IMG/VR virus record: IMGVR_UViG_3300030390_002408 | Strand: one strand, 5' to 3' | From: a virus | Length of the DNA stretch: 64,000 nt | In this document: in pieces, positions 1 to 9,694 of the stretch | Position numbering within the stretch: the stretch's first letter is position 1 | Layout: every line of letters begins with the position of its first letter | Translations under genes and position numbers: made by a program | The notes under the pieces: model-generated | What the model saw: the letters and a program-made list of their open reading frames with translations, nothing else | The model's database searches: none | Told to the model about the DNA's origin: nothing

Positions 1-374
1 CCTAATTGATCATAATCCATACCAAATTCTGATTGGGCTATTTCATCATAATCCATTTCATTTAATTGAATAGGAAAATCTAATGGAACTTTTTTACCTT
101 CAAACATACCAAAATGGCCTAAGTCAGTTTCAGTTAACATTTCTAAATCATCACCTACTACATCAATAATTCCCCTAGAGTATAAAGATCTTGCTTCAGC
201 TATTAAATTAAAGTAAGATTCAGAACCCGCACGGTATAAATGGTCTGTTAGCGGCCTATCATTGTCTATATGGTATTTTAAACCCTCAGACAATATCTCC
301 TTCGGAGCTACGTTTTCATTGAGTACTAACAAAGTACTTTTAGTTTTACAAGTATTACATCCGCAATTACACAT
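1..374 (-). CDS. Late/head-associated hypothetical protein, runs off the left edge (MCNCGCNTCKTKSTLLVLNENVAP...)
   Basis: Manual translation from ATG at 374; open to window edge; TATTTATAA motif upstream; LNE motifs. Confidence 0.75.
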   Translation of the reverse strand, partial: MCNCGCNTCKTKSTLLVLNENVAPKEILSEGLKYHIDNDRPLTDHLYRAGSESYFNLIAEARSLYSRGIIDVVGDDLEMLTETDLGHFGMFEGKKVPLDFPIQLNEMDYDEIAQSEFGMDYDQL

Positions 375-397
375 ATTATTTTAATTTATTATAAATA

Positions 398-1960
398 TTA
401 TACAATTGATATTTGATTTCCCCCTGATGTTCTAAATCTGTGAGAATATTTTTTAGTATCTGTAATTTCTCCTCCTTGTACTGTATTTATATCAGTTTTT
501 AATTGGAACCCTCCAGCTTTGGAACTATTTATAATTTCAGGATCACTATTATGGGATGTAGTTGAACCTGCAGGAAATATAGTTGGGTCACTTGAAGGTG
601 AACCATCATTGTTTCCTTTTAATTTAAAAAAAGTAGGATTAACTCCTGATAGAGATAAGCCGTAGCTTACTAAATCTAAAATTGCATCCCTAGAATTATT
701 TCTTTTACTATTATCTAGTAAAAAATTCATTAATTTAAAAGAACCATATGTTGCTATTAACTGTTTTAAATCTTCAGGTAATTTATTCCAACCATCTCCA
801 GATAATTTAATATCTTCCCCTTGAACTTTATTTAAGAATTTATCTTGTTGGATTTGAGTATTTTCTTTTGCTGTTTCTATACTCCACCCAAGTTCATCTT
901 TAGTTAAGTTATATTCTTGGTCTCTTAATTTACCATCATCCCCTTTAAAATTTGCAAAGTATGATTTTGCTCTTCCAGGTTGGGATGATGATTCTTTAAG
1001 TGAAATTGAAACTAAGTCATTATCTTTACCTCCCCAATTATTTACAAATAAGCCATTTAACCCTTCTAAAGTATCTGGGATTTGGGGTGGATTTTTAATT
1101 TTAATGTAAATATCCCCAGGATTCCATTTATCTGCGGGAATTTTACATATTTGTTGACCCATTGCTCTAATTTCATTAAAGACACCATCTCGGATAAATT
1201 CTTCCCCAGGGTAATCTTGATTAACTTTTGAAGCAATAGAATAAGGATTATTAAAATTTTTAAATTTATTTACTGGGAATTTTTCTAGGTCTGAATTATT
1301 CAGGATTTTAAGTAAAGATTTAATAGCTCCTAATGCTTTACCATCTATACCTTTAAATAAAGATGAGTTATCAATAGAATCATTTAAAATATCTACATTA
1401 GATGAGATAGTTTCTTGATTAAAGGGTTGTAAATTTTTTCCACTATTTAAAATATTATACATTAGAATTACTAATCCTTCTTTTTGATCAGTATCTGTAT
1501 CGAATGGGCTTGAACCTAAACCTTTTATGTTTATTTTATATTTAACACCATCAATAGTAACATTAAATGCAGGGCCTATATCTTCATTACTAAAATTATT
1601 ATCACTTATAATATATTTTTTAGGTAAGTTTTGAGTGATTTTTTTACCAATTTCCCTTCTTTCTTTTCTATCTCTATCACCTACTCCCTTAACATAAAAA
1701 GAATAATTTTTCCCTCCACCTGTTTTTACAGTAGTAACATTATCTAAACCTGATATTGATTGGATATCTTGTTTTAATTGTATAATATTATCTGGTAAGT
1801 TAGGGGAATCTTCTTCTGATACTTCATTTAAATCTATAGGAAATCCTATTTCACTTAATATAGACTCTAACAATAAAACATCCTGATCATTATTCATGTC
1901 AGGATATCCTTTAGGAAATTTATATGCTATTTTATTTAAATATTTTGTAATACTATCCAT
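398..1960 (-). CDS. Putative PD-(D/E)XK-like nuclease with N-terminal leader ending DLNE (likely start MDSITK at 1960)
   Basis: DKWNPGDIY...VSISLKE motif; ATG at 1960 follows the upstream stop at 1962. Confidence 0.5.
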   Translation of the reverse strand: MDSITKYLNKIAYKFPKGYPDMNNDQDVLLLESILSEIGFPIDLNEVSEEDSPNLPDNIIQLKQDIQSISGLDNVTTVKTGGGKNYSFYVKGVGDRDRKERREIGKKITQNLPKKYIISDNNFSNEDIGPAFNVTIDGVKYKINIKGLGSSPFDTDTDQKEGLVILMYNILNSGKNLQPFNQETISSNVDILNDSIDNSSLFKGIDGKALGAIKSLLKILNNSDLEKFPVNKFKNFNNPYSIASKVNQDYPGEEFIRDGVFNEIRAMGQQICKIPADKWNPGDIYIKIKNPPQIPDTLEGLNGLFVNNWGGKDNDLVSISLKESSSQPGRAKSYFANFKGDDGKLRDQEYNLTKDELGWSIETAKENTQIQQDKFLNKVQGEDIKLSGDGWNKLPEDLKQLIATYGSFKLMNFLLDNSKRNNSRDAILDLVSYGLSLSGVNPTFFKLKGNNDGSPSSDPTIFPAGSTTSHNSDPEIINSSKAGGFQLKTDINTVQGGEITDTKKYSHRFRTSGGNQISIV

Positions 1961-1961
1961 G

Positions 1962-2417
1962 TTAAGCTTCTGTTTCTGTTTCTTCACTACCCCCAATATC
2001 TTCAATATCTCCTCCTAAGTCATCATCTCCACCTTCCTCTTCTTCTTCAGTTGATTGGATACCGTATCTTAAGATTCGAGAAATTGCTTCAGCAGCATGT
2101 TGTTCTTCAGGTAAATTTAATAAGTAATATTTTTTACCTTCAACTTGAGCTATCCAACTTCTTTTATTGTAAATTAAATAGAAGTTTTGATCATTTTTTA
2201 AATTAATACGAAATGTAGTTGGTCTTGGAGCTACCCAATCTATAGATGCTAGGAAATTATCAAAGTCACTAGTTAGTAAGTCAACTAAAATTGCTTTTAA
2301 TTCTGGGAATTTGGTTAACTCATCGTATTCAATAGCAGCTGTTTCTGCTTTTTGTTTACTTTTGTAAATTTGAGGAATTAGTATCCTAATTTTTTCTCGT
2401 AATTCAGCAGCTGTCAT
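1962..2417 (-). CDS. Hypothetical phage protein with acidic tail
   Basis: 151-aa ORF abutting neighbours. Confidence 0.7.
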   Translation of the reverse strand: MTAAELREKIRILIPQIYKSKQKAETAAIEYDELTKFPELKAILVDLLTSDFDNFLASIDWVAPRPTTFRINLKNDQNFYLIYNKRSWIAQVEGKKYYLLNLPEEQHAAEAISRILRYGIQSTEEEEEGGDDDLGGDIEDIGGSEETETEA

Positions 2418-4441
2418 TATTTAGATTTTTTTAATGATTCCCCAAATTGTGATGATTGAGTTCCACCTTGAGGTTTAATTAAGTCATCAGCATAAGCTAT
2501 AAGTTGTTCTACTTTCCCAAATGCAGGTGTTGCTTTAAGTTCTCCACTTTCAATGTCAATCAATTTATATAAAGCTCTTCCAGGTTTACCCTTATAAGTT
2601 GGGGATACTTTTTCTAATTCAAATCTATACTCATTATATCTAGATGGATGTTCTTTGGGCCATTCTTCTACATCTTCATTTAATGCTTTTTTTTTCAAAT
2701 TTTTAACAATTTTTTCAGCTAATTGAGAGTATTTAGACTCACCAAAAGGTGATCTACCTTCTTTCTTTTTTCGTACTAAAGCATTCCAATTAGATAAATC
2801 ATACTCATCCCAAGCTTCAACTTCTACATTATTAAATGTTTTTTCTTGACCCATAACAGGTTTTGAAGCTAAATAATGCATTTCATTTTGAGTTTCTTCA
2901 AAAAATCTATCTACTTCTTCTTGGGAAGGTATTTGAGATTTTTCTTCACTTATTGCTTGATCATAAGTTAAAGGTTTACCTCTTAATTTAGATATTTTAG
3001 CATCAATTTTATTTAATTCTCTACCATACCTGTCTGAAATTGGCCCCCCTTCTGGTTCAGCTTCTTGCTCCATATCTCGCATTAATTGATTGCGTTTTCT
3101 TTCAAGTGATGATATTTGAGCATCATTATTTTTTCCTTTGTAGGCTTTTTGAACTGCTTTACCATACTCACTACCAAAATCTTTTTTCTTATCTTTAGCA
3201 GCTCTCATCTTCATTAAAATAGGATCATTATTGTCTATTTCACTTATTGCTCCTTCTTCACTAGCAACATCAACCATAGCATCAATTTCAGGCTCTTTTA
3301 ATTCGAAGTCTAAATAATGTTTAGCTGAAGTTATCATACTTTCAGATTTAATTATTTTTGACTGCCACCAATGTGGTAGATCAACTTCTCCTTGACCTTC
3401 AAATTTATCCATCATTTGATATAACTCCATAGCATATTTTCCAATTCTATATAAATTGGCTTTTAACATATGAGGTTCATCATCTTGATGTCCTAAATCT
3501 AAGTCTTCTTTTACATTTTGATATTTAGGGATTTTGTAACTGTTAGTTTTATAATTACTATCTGCTAAATAATACTCTACATAGTTTGATGGTATTTTTT
3601 TTCCTTCTTTATTAGTTGTGAAATCAAAATCATCAAGAGTTTTTAATTGTGTTTGATTTCCATCTTTCTCAACACCTAATATAATAGAATTATATTTATC
3701 ATCTTTTGTTCCATCTGCTTTATTTACAACACCTTTATCTGCTCTTTTACCTGTTGTAAATTGCTTCATGTCAGCTTTTGCCCTTCTTTTATTAACTAAA
3801 CTAATAGGGGGTGGAGTAAGTGTTTTATCTTCTTTTATTGAAGAATGTTCTTGGGATGCTAATAAGATAGTATCTAAATCTTTATTACTCATTAGTATTT
3901 CTCCCCCACTCAATAAATCAAAACTAAATTCTTTATTTAAACCTACTTTTAATGGTGAACCTTCTAATTCAAATGTGTTAAGATAGTTATCATCAACATT
4001 AGAGGAAGTAAATGTTCCATCATTGGAAAATCTATTAAGTATGGATACTATTGAATCTAGAAACTTTTCAGGGTTTTGGTTATATTCCATTTCCATAGTT
4101 TCTCTTTCAGAATACGAATCATCAACTTCAATTTCATCAATAATAGATTTTTCTATAGCAGCACCTCTCTTTTTTTCATAGTCTGAGAGTTTACCATCTT
4201 TGTTTAGGTCTGCTTTTTTAGGATTTTGTAAAGCAGTTTTTATCATCTCTCTTAATTTTGACTTAGGGTCCATATTTTCTAGTTGTTTTTTAGCTAAATT
4301 AGTAGCACGTCCATACATAACTTTCTCAGCATCCTTACCATAACGTTTAGTAAGTTCACGTTTATTTTTTTTCATATCCATGATGATATCTTCACGTTTA
4401 GATACTTCAGCTTTTGTAAGTTTACGTTCGTTTAACTTCAT
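2417..4441 (-). CDS. Mosaic putative internal head protein
   Basis: 674 aa; EF-hand-like DLNKDGKLSDYE; many [LIV]xE motifs between segments. Confidence 0.55.
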   Translation of the reverse strand: MKLNERKLTKAEVSKREDIIMDMKKNKRELTKRYGKDAEKVMYGRATNLAKKQLENMDPKSKLREMIKTALQNPKKADLNKDGKLSDYEKKRGAAIEKSIIDEIEVDDSYSERETMEMEYNQNPEKFLDSIVSILNRFSNDGTFTSSNVDDNYLNTFELEGSPLKVGLNKEFSFDLLSGGEILMSNKDLDTILLASQEHSSIKEDKTLTPPPISLVNKRRAKADMKQFTTGKRADKGVVNKADGTKDDKYNSIILGVEKDGNQTQLKTLDDFDFTTNKEGKKIPSNYVEYYLADSNYKTNSYKIPKYQNVKEDLDLGHQDDEPHMLKANLYRIGKYAMELYQMMDKFEGQGEVDLPHWWQSKIIKSESMITSAKHYLDFELKEPEIDAMVDVASEEGAISEIDNNDPILMKMRAAKDKKKDFGSEYGKAVQKAYKGKNNDAQISSLERKRNQLMRDMEQEAEPEGGPISDRYGRELNKIDAKISKLRGKPLTYDQAISEEKSQIPSQEEVDRFFEETQNEMHYLASKPVMGQEKTFNNVEVEAWDEYDLSNWNALVRKKKEGRSPFGESKYSQLAEKIVKNLKKKALNEDVEEWPKEHPSRYNEYRFELEKVSPTYKGKPGRALYKLIDIESGELKATPAFGKVEQLIAYADDLIKPQGGTQSSQFGESLKKSK

Positions 4442-4443
4442 TA

Positions 4444-4611
4444 CTATTTACTTTCAGCTACTGATGCTTTTTTATAATCTGTAATTAGATTTTTAATAGC
4501 CATTGCTGCTTTACGAGCACGTTGTTGAGATGCTTTAGTTGTACCTACATGCTCTGCTGCTAAAGTATTGAAGTTTGCTTCAATAGCTTCAAATAATTCT
4601 TGTTTATTCAT
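4444..4611 (-). CDS. Histone H1-like Hc1-family small basic protein (55 aa, not in ORF track)
   Basis: MNKQELFEAIEANFNTLAAEHVGTTKASQQRARKAAMAIKNLITDYKKASVAESK resembles the Bacteroidota Hc1 KAAxxRARKA...KxS pattern. Confidence 0.7.
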   Translation of the reverse strand: MNKQELFEAIEANFNTLAAEHVGTTKASQQRARKAAMAIKNLITDYKKASVAESK

Positions 4612-4616
4612 AGTTT

Positions 4617-5201
4617 TTATTTTATAATTCCTGCAATTTTTAACATTTTTTTCCTTTCGTATAAATCTTCCATACTCATATCTTCTTCTAGGTCTTGGGA
4701 TTTAACCCAAAATTCATCCATCTTACCTAACATAGCAGAATCTGCTTTTCTTCTAAGATATATCCTATCACCCTCTTTTCTAGTAATTACATGGTCTTCA
4801 CCTTTATATGTTACTACCTCTTCCTCAAAATCTCCTTCAATTTCTTCATCTAATGACTCTTCTCCTGAACCTACAACATGAGATCTAGTAAAGAAAGTAA
4901 TTGAGTTTCCAATTTGATTGATTAACTTTTCATCACCTAATTCTTTAGCTGCTATTAAAGCTGATTCAAGACTGTCTTGTACTTTCTTTTCATCACCTGT
5001 TATTCCTGAGGCATCCGATGGTGGGGTTTCTTCAACTTCGATATCTTCAACTTCTTCAGTATCTTCAATATCTTCAATACCTTCAATTTCGATATCTTCT
5101 TCTTCTTTATCTTCTTTGTCGTCTTTAGCTTCAGTAACCTCTAATTGATTTTCCTCAAGCATAGCTTGACGTATCATTTCTTTTAATTCAGATTTCTTCA
5201 T
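4617..5201 (-). CDS. Acidic late protein, possible prohead core/scaffold-like
   Basis: MKKSELKEMIR N-terminus, very acidic, C-terminal MLKIAGI; late motif upstream. Confidence 0.5.
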   Translation of the reverse strand: MKKSELKEMIRQAMLEENQLEVTEAKDDKEDKEEEDIEIEGIEDIEDTEEVEDIEVEETPPSDASGITGDEKKVQDSLESALIAAKELGDEKLINQIGNSITFFTRSHVVGSGEESLDEEIEGDFEEEVVTYKGEDHVITRKEGDRIYLRRKADSAMLGKMDEFWVKSQDLEEDMSMEDLYERKKMLKIAGIIK

Positions 5202-5242
5202 TTTAATATGATTAGTTTTATTTATAAATATATAAAAAACTT

Positions 5243-5815
5243 TTATTTTTTCATCTTTCTAAGATGCTCTATAGTTTTGTCGAGGGACTCTAAAACTTTA
5301 TCTCTATTTAAACCACCATCCCACTTTTCAACATCGCCCTGTTCTGTAATAAATGAGTTATTTGATTGATTTAATTCTTCTTCAACGTATACTTTAAAAT
5401 TTTCTATAAATCCTTCTATTTCTGAATTTATGATGTTTTTCTCATATGCTTCGAATAATCCTGATTTTTTTAGATTATGTTCGAAATCAACAACACAATT
5501 AAAACACATTTTATGAATCTTATAATAATCGTCATCAAATTTATTTTTCATTTGTTTACTACAACTAGGACAAAATAGTGGAGTAATATGTTTCTTTTTT
5601 ACTTTATCTAATTTAGTAATGTTTTGTTTTATTCCATCTTTTATAGTCCATGTACGACCACTTTCTTCCCAAACATCACCTTCATCATGGAAGGTTTGAT
5701 CTTTTTTATAGCCTACACTTTGTCCTGTTTTACTTCCAGTTTTACCTTTAACTAAATTTCTTAAACGTTCAACATCTTTTTTCTTAAACTCTTTTTTTAA
5801 AACATTATCTTTCAT
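5243..5815 (-). CDS. Zn-finger-containing hypothetical protein
   Basis: CPSC...CFNC. Confidence 0.65.
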   Translation of the reverse strand: MKDNVLKKEFKKKDVERLRNLVKGKTGSKTGQSVGYKKDQTFHDEGDVWEESGRTWTIKDGIKQNITKLDKVKKKHITPLFCPSCSKQMKNKFDDDYYKIHKMCFNCVVDFEHNLKKSGLFEAYEKNIINSEIEGFIENFKVYVEEELNQSNNSFITEQGDVEKWDGGLNRDKVLESLDKTIEHLRKMKK

Positions 5816-5819
5816 ACTA

Positions 5820-6251
5820 TTATTTTTTATAACCTCTAGATAGAGTATTTAATTTGCCTTCTGTTTTTGGAGGTTGTTTAGGATCTATAACTTTAGGTTG
5901 TATGTTATCGATTAAACCTTGTATATAATCAATTTGAATTGTTAAGTGACCCTTATTAATTTTACTATTATCTATCATGTGTTTTGTGAAGGGGACAAGA
6001 GGTTTTAGCATTTCAGATTTAGGTAAAATAGAAGGAATTATATTATTTTTTAAATCTTCAATACACCTAATGTAACACTCTAAATCTTCTCTTGAATATA
6101 TATTTTCAATATATCTTTCTTTTACTACATTTAAAAATTTTTCAATATCTATCATTACTTTTTCTTCTTCAGTAAATGATGTTATTGGTTTAGGATTATG
6201 AACATTATCACCTCCCCTATAACCACCTGCTAGTTTATTTAATTTACTCAT
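5820..6251 (-). CDS. Hypothetical protein
   Basis: 143-aa ORF overlapping upstream stop. Confidence 0.65.
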   Translation of the reverse strand: MSKLNKLAGGYRGGDNVHNPKPITSFTEEEKVMIDIEKFLNVVKERYIENIYSREDLECYIRCIEDLKNNIIPSILPKSEMLKPLVPFTKHMIDNSKINKGHLTIQIDYIQGLIDNIQPKVIDPKQPPKTEGKLNTLSRGYKK

Positions 6252-9200
6252 AACCCTAATTCTTTTAATTGTCTTATAGTATCACTAGCTGATGTATGTA
6301 ATATTCCTACTCCCCCACTTGCTATCCATTGATTAATGTTATTTTCTCTATCATCAATTAATATAGCATTTTCTTGAGCATAGTTTTTCTTATTTCTTGA
6401 AAATGCTAGTTTTAAAGGTGTACCTGGTAAGTTATTTTTAACCCATAATCTTTTACCTAATCTAGACTCATTATTAACTGAAGGAGATGATAGTAGAATT
6501 GGTTTGTATTTACTAATATAATCCCAATATTCTTTTCCATCTTCCATCCAGGGCATTCCAACCCAAAATTTAACTCCAATTTGATTATCAATTAGATCCC
6601 AGAATTTCTTTTTTCCATTTTCTTTTTCATATTCAGAAGGAGAAACACCATTTGAGAATTTTTTAAATCTTCCATCAAAGTTAGTAATAACTCCATCCAT
6701 ATCAGAGTATATGATGTATTCCATATCTTTTCCTTTGGGTGAAGATACGACCTCTTCTTCAGGTATCCTAGTTTTTCCTAATTCTTCTTCTAAACCTTGT
6801 GCTAATTCTCTTGCATATTGATTTAAACCAAATGGATCTTTATTTTTCTTTTCATTTAATTTAAGCATTGAATCTATTTTTCCTTGAATTAAGGAGGTGT
6901 TAAATGAAAGAGGAAAATGAAGTTGAGATATAATTTTTTGAATTCTCTTATTATCTTTAGGGTTGTGGGATTTATAATTCATAGCACTTGAAGTACTATT
7001 TTTATCTAACATGTTTTTATAGTTTTCAACATATTCAGGAGTAACTATATCATCAACTATTTGGGGAATATTTTTTTTATCTTCATCCCACATATTCTCA
7101 ACCTCTTTATAAGACAAAATTCTAAACTTTTTTTGATTTCTTGATGAATTATGAATTTTTAATTTAATTAAATGTTTAAATTTATCTATATTACTAAGTT
7201 TTTTTAATAGTTTAAATACCTTTAAATATTCAAGATCAGATATTTGGATTTCTTTAACATAAGGAGTTAAGGGGAGAGATGAAGTTTTAATTAATTCTTC
7301 TCTTTCATCCATAGAAAACCATTTTTTTCCTTTTTTACGATGAGATTTGTTTTTAGTCTTTGCAAAAAGAATATCTTTTGTTGGGGTGATTTTAATATTA
7401 TTGGAAATTTTATCCCCATCTAAAGTAATCCTTGCATCTATATCTTCCCATTGAGAATCTCCACCAGCTAACTTAAAATTATAAAATTTGGAAACAACAT
7501 CTAAATTTTTATCCCTAGTTGTAGATATTCCTCCACTTATATTTGAAGCTTTAATATATTCATCTTTTAAAATTTTAAAAATTCCTGTATTCCCTTCAGG
7601 ATTTAAAATAGTAAAGTGATATAAATCACCTACTTGTTTAGCTTCATTTATATTTTCATTTAATACTGTATCAGTATAACCTCTAAAAGCTAAATTACCA
7701 TCCTGATAAGCTTCAGCTTCAATTGAAGTTAAATGATCATCTTCTTGTGTGTTAGTTGTAGTAATATCTTCTAATCTACCTTCTAAATTTTGAATATGGT
7801 GTATCATTTCATGAGCAAATGATCTTACTATATCTTTTGGATGTCTTCCTTCAGTAAATAAAACTATAGTGTTAGTATTAGGATCATAGTAAGCAGTTTT
7901 ACCAAAGAAATTTTTAGCATTATCTTGATTACCATGCTTGAATATTACTTTAGGTAAAGGAATAATATTCATTTTTTGATTTAACATATATTTAGTTAAA
8001 TCTTTTATTTGTTGTTTATAATCTATATTTTTAGAGTATGTAGCATTTTCATTAATTGAAGGTAAACTTAATGCTTTAGTCCTTTTAGACCATATATTAA
8101 TAATTTCCTTTTTTTCTTCAGATGTTAAATTTTGTAAATCTAAGTAATCATCAATTACATTCCTTAATGGTTTTTTTTCTTTTTTAGCTCTAAAATACAT
8201 TCCTTGTAAATTAGCATCTATTTCTTTTTCTAATTTGAAGTAATCTGATTTAGGTAAAAGTTCAGCATCAATCATATTCCTTAATGTTGAATCCTTAGCC
8301 ATGTATTTGCCTGGTTTTTCTTGGAATCCTTCACCATGAGTTAGATGTTCAATCTCATGACGTATAATATCTTTTAAATCCATAGAAATTTTACTCCAAT
8401 GTTTAGGTAAAAATTCAGGATCAATTTCAAATTCTACTGATATTGAGTCTTCTTCACTATAAGCTCCTCCATCAGTTTTATAATCATTGAAATTTGGGGA
8501 TTGCTTTAATGTAGCTTTGATTTCAATTTCATCATCTTCAAATGTGTAAGTGTTATTAAATTCAATTAATTCATTAGATATATTAGATTTCCAATTATTA
8601 AAGATATCACTTGAAATACGATTTGATATTGTATCATATCTTCCTTCGTTTAATGATTCTTTTTTTAATTCTGGGTGGAATTTCATCCAAACTTCTTCAG
8701 CATCGGGTTTAATTGACTCTCCATCAACCACTACTTCTACAGGGTAGACTTTAGCATCTTCACCATACCAATAATTTATTTTATATCCTCCTTCTTCTGT
8801 TAATTCTACAATTAAACCTCTATCATAATCTTCACTTTCAGCTTGTAAAAATATTTTTTTACCTCTAGGAAGTACTAAAGAAGTCTTATCTAAAATATCT
8901 TCGTTTAGGGGTTGTTTTTCATCTCCTACAGGGACTTGTCTAATATCTTTAGTATCATCAAAGTTTGGTGGGTAAGGATTATCAAACCCCCCAATTAATA
9001 TATTATCATTTTCTATAGAAAGATCAAATGTTGATGGTGATACATTTATAAAATAATTAAGGTAATAGTCTATCCTATCTTTTAAATCTAAAGACTCATT
9101 TAATGTTTTATTTTCGTCTACTGAAGGTGATAGAATTTGAAATACTTCTTCAATGTCATCTTTAGATAATTCAGATGGGAGGTACTTTTTAAATTCTTCT

Positions 9201-9694
9201 ACATTTCGGGTTTTGAGAGCTAATCTAGCATTAGTTCCACTCATTCCTTTATTATTAGTAACTATAGGTTTTAAAACCATATTAGGATATTTTTCCATAC
9301 CCTTTGATCTACTTCCCATATCTTTAAAATCATCTTCATTATCCTTTCTAGCTCCTATTACCCAATAAATAGATTGACCTGGGTTAGATTTAGCGTAGCT
9401 ATAAATTTCTCCAATTGGTGGTTTTTTAGAAGGGATTATTTCAACCTTCATTGGAAGATATTTAGTATAAATTTCCCACACTAAAACAGCTTCAGCTTGG
9501 TCTACCCCATCTCTTTCTTTAGATCCTACTAATATTTTTAAATTAGTTATTTCTGGGTTTTGTTGTAAGGCTGTTTTTACTACTTCAAAATGACCTCCAG
9601 TAGGGGGTTTGAATCCTCCACCATATAAAGCTACTACTTCTTCTTCGCCTTCATTTAAAATACTATCTACTAAGTATTGAGTTAATTTATTCAT
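6248..9694 (-). CDS. Multidomain polyprotein: HxGH nucleotidyltransferase-like, two HExxH zincin-like, ART-like, HAD 5'(3')-nucleotidase
   Basis: YGGGFKPPTGGH; IRHEIEH; FAHEMIHH; LYHFT/STTR/EREE; IYSDMDGV...ILIDDR. Confidence 0.75.
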   Translation of the reverse strand: MNKLTQYLVDSILNEGEEEVVALYGGGFKPPTGGHFEVVKTALQQNPEITNLKILVGSKERDGVDQAEAVLVWEIYTKYLPMKVEIIPSKKPPIGEIYSYAKSNPGQSIYWVIGARKDNEDDFKDMGSRSKGMEKYPNMVLKPIVTNNKGMSGTNARLALKTRNVEEFKKYLPSELSKDDIEEVFQILSPSVDENKTLNESLDLKDRIDYYLNYFINVSPSTFDLSIENDNILIGGFDNPYPPNFDDTKDIRQVPVGDEKQPLNEDILDKTSLVLPRGKKIFLQAESEDYDRGLIVELTEEGGYKINYWYGEDAKVYPVEVVVDGESIKPDAEEVWMKFHPELKKESLNEGRYDTISNRISSDIFNNWKSNISNELIEFNNTYTFEDDEIEIKATLKQSPNFNDYKTDGGAYSEEDSISVEFEIDPEFLPKHWSKISMDLKDIIRHEIEHLTHGEGFQEKPGKYMAKDSTLRNMIDAELLPKSDYFKLEKEIDANLQGMYFRAKKEKKPLRNVIDDYLDLQNLTSEEKKEIINIWSKRTKALSLPSINENATYSKNIDYKQQIKDLTKYMLNQKMNIIPLPKVIFKHGNQDNAKNFFGKTAYYDPNTNTIVLFTEGRHPKDIVRSFAHEMIHHIQNLEGRLEDITTTNTQEDDHLTSIEAEAYQDGNLAFRGYTDTVLNENINEAKQVGDLYHFTILNPEGNTGIFKILKDEYIKASNISGGISTTRDKNLDVVSKFYNFKLAGGDSQWEDIDARITLDGDKISNNIKITPTKDILFAKTKNKSHRKKGKKWFSMDEREELIKTSSLPLTPYVKEIQISDLEYLKVFKLLKKLSNIDKFKHLIKLKIHNSSRNQKKFRILSYKEVENMWDEDKKNIPQIVDDIVTPEYVENYKNMLDKNSTSSAMNYKSHNPKDNKRIQKIISQLHFPLSFNTSLIQGKIDSMLKLNEKKNKDPFGLNQYARELAQGLEEELGKTRIPEEEVVSSPKGKDMEYIIYSDMDGVITNFDGRFKKFSNGVSPSEYEKENGKKKFWDLIDNQIGVKFWVGMPWMEDGKEYWDYISKYKPILLSSPSVNNESRLGKRLWVKNNLPGTPLKLAFSRNKKNYAQENAILIDDRENNINQWIASGGVGILHTSASDTIRQLKELGL

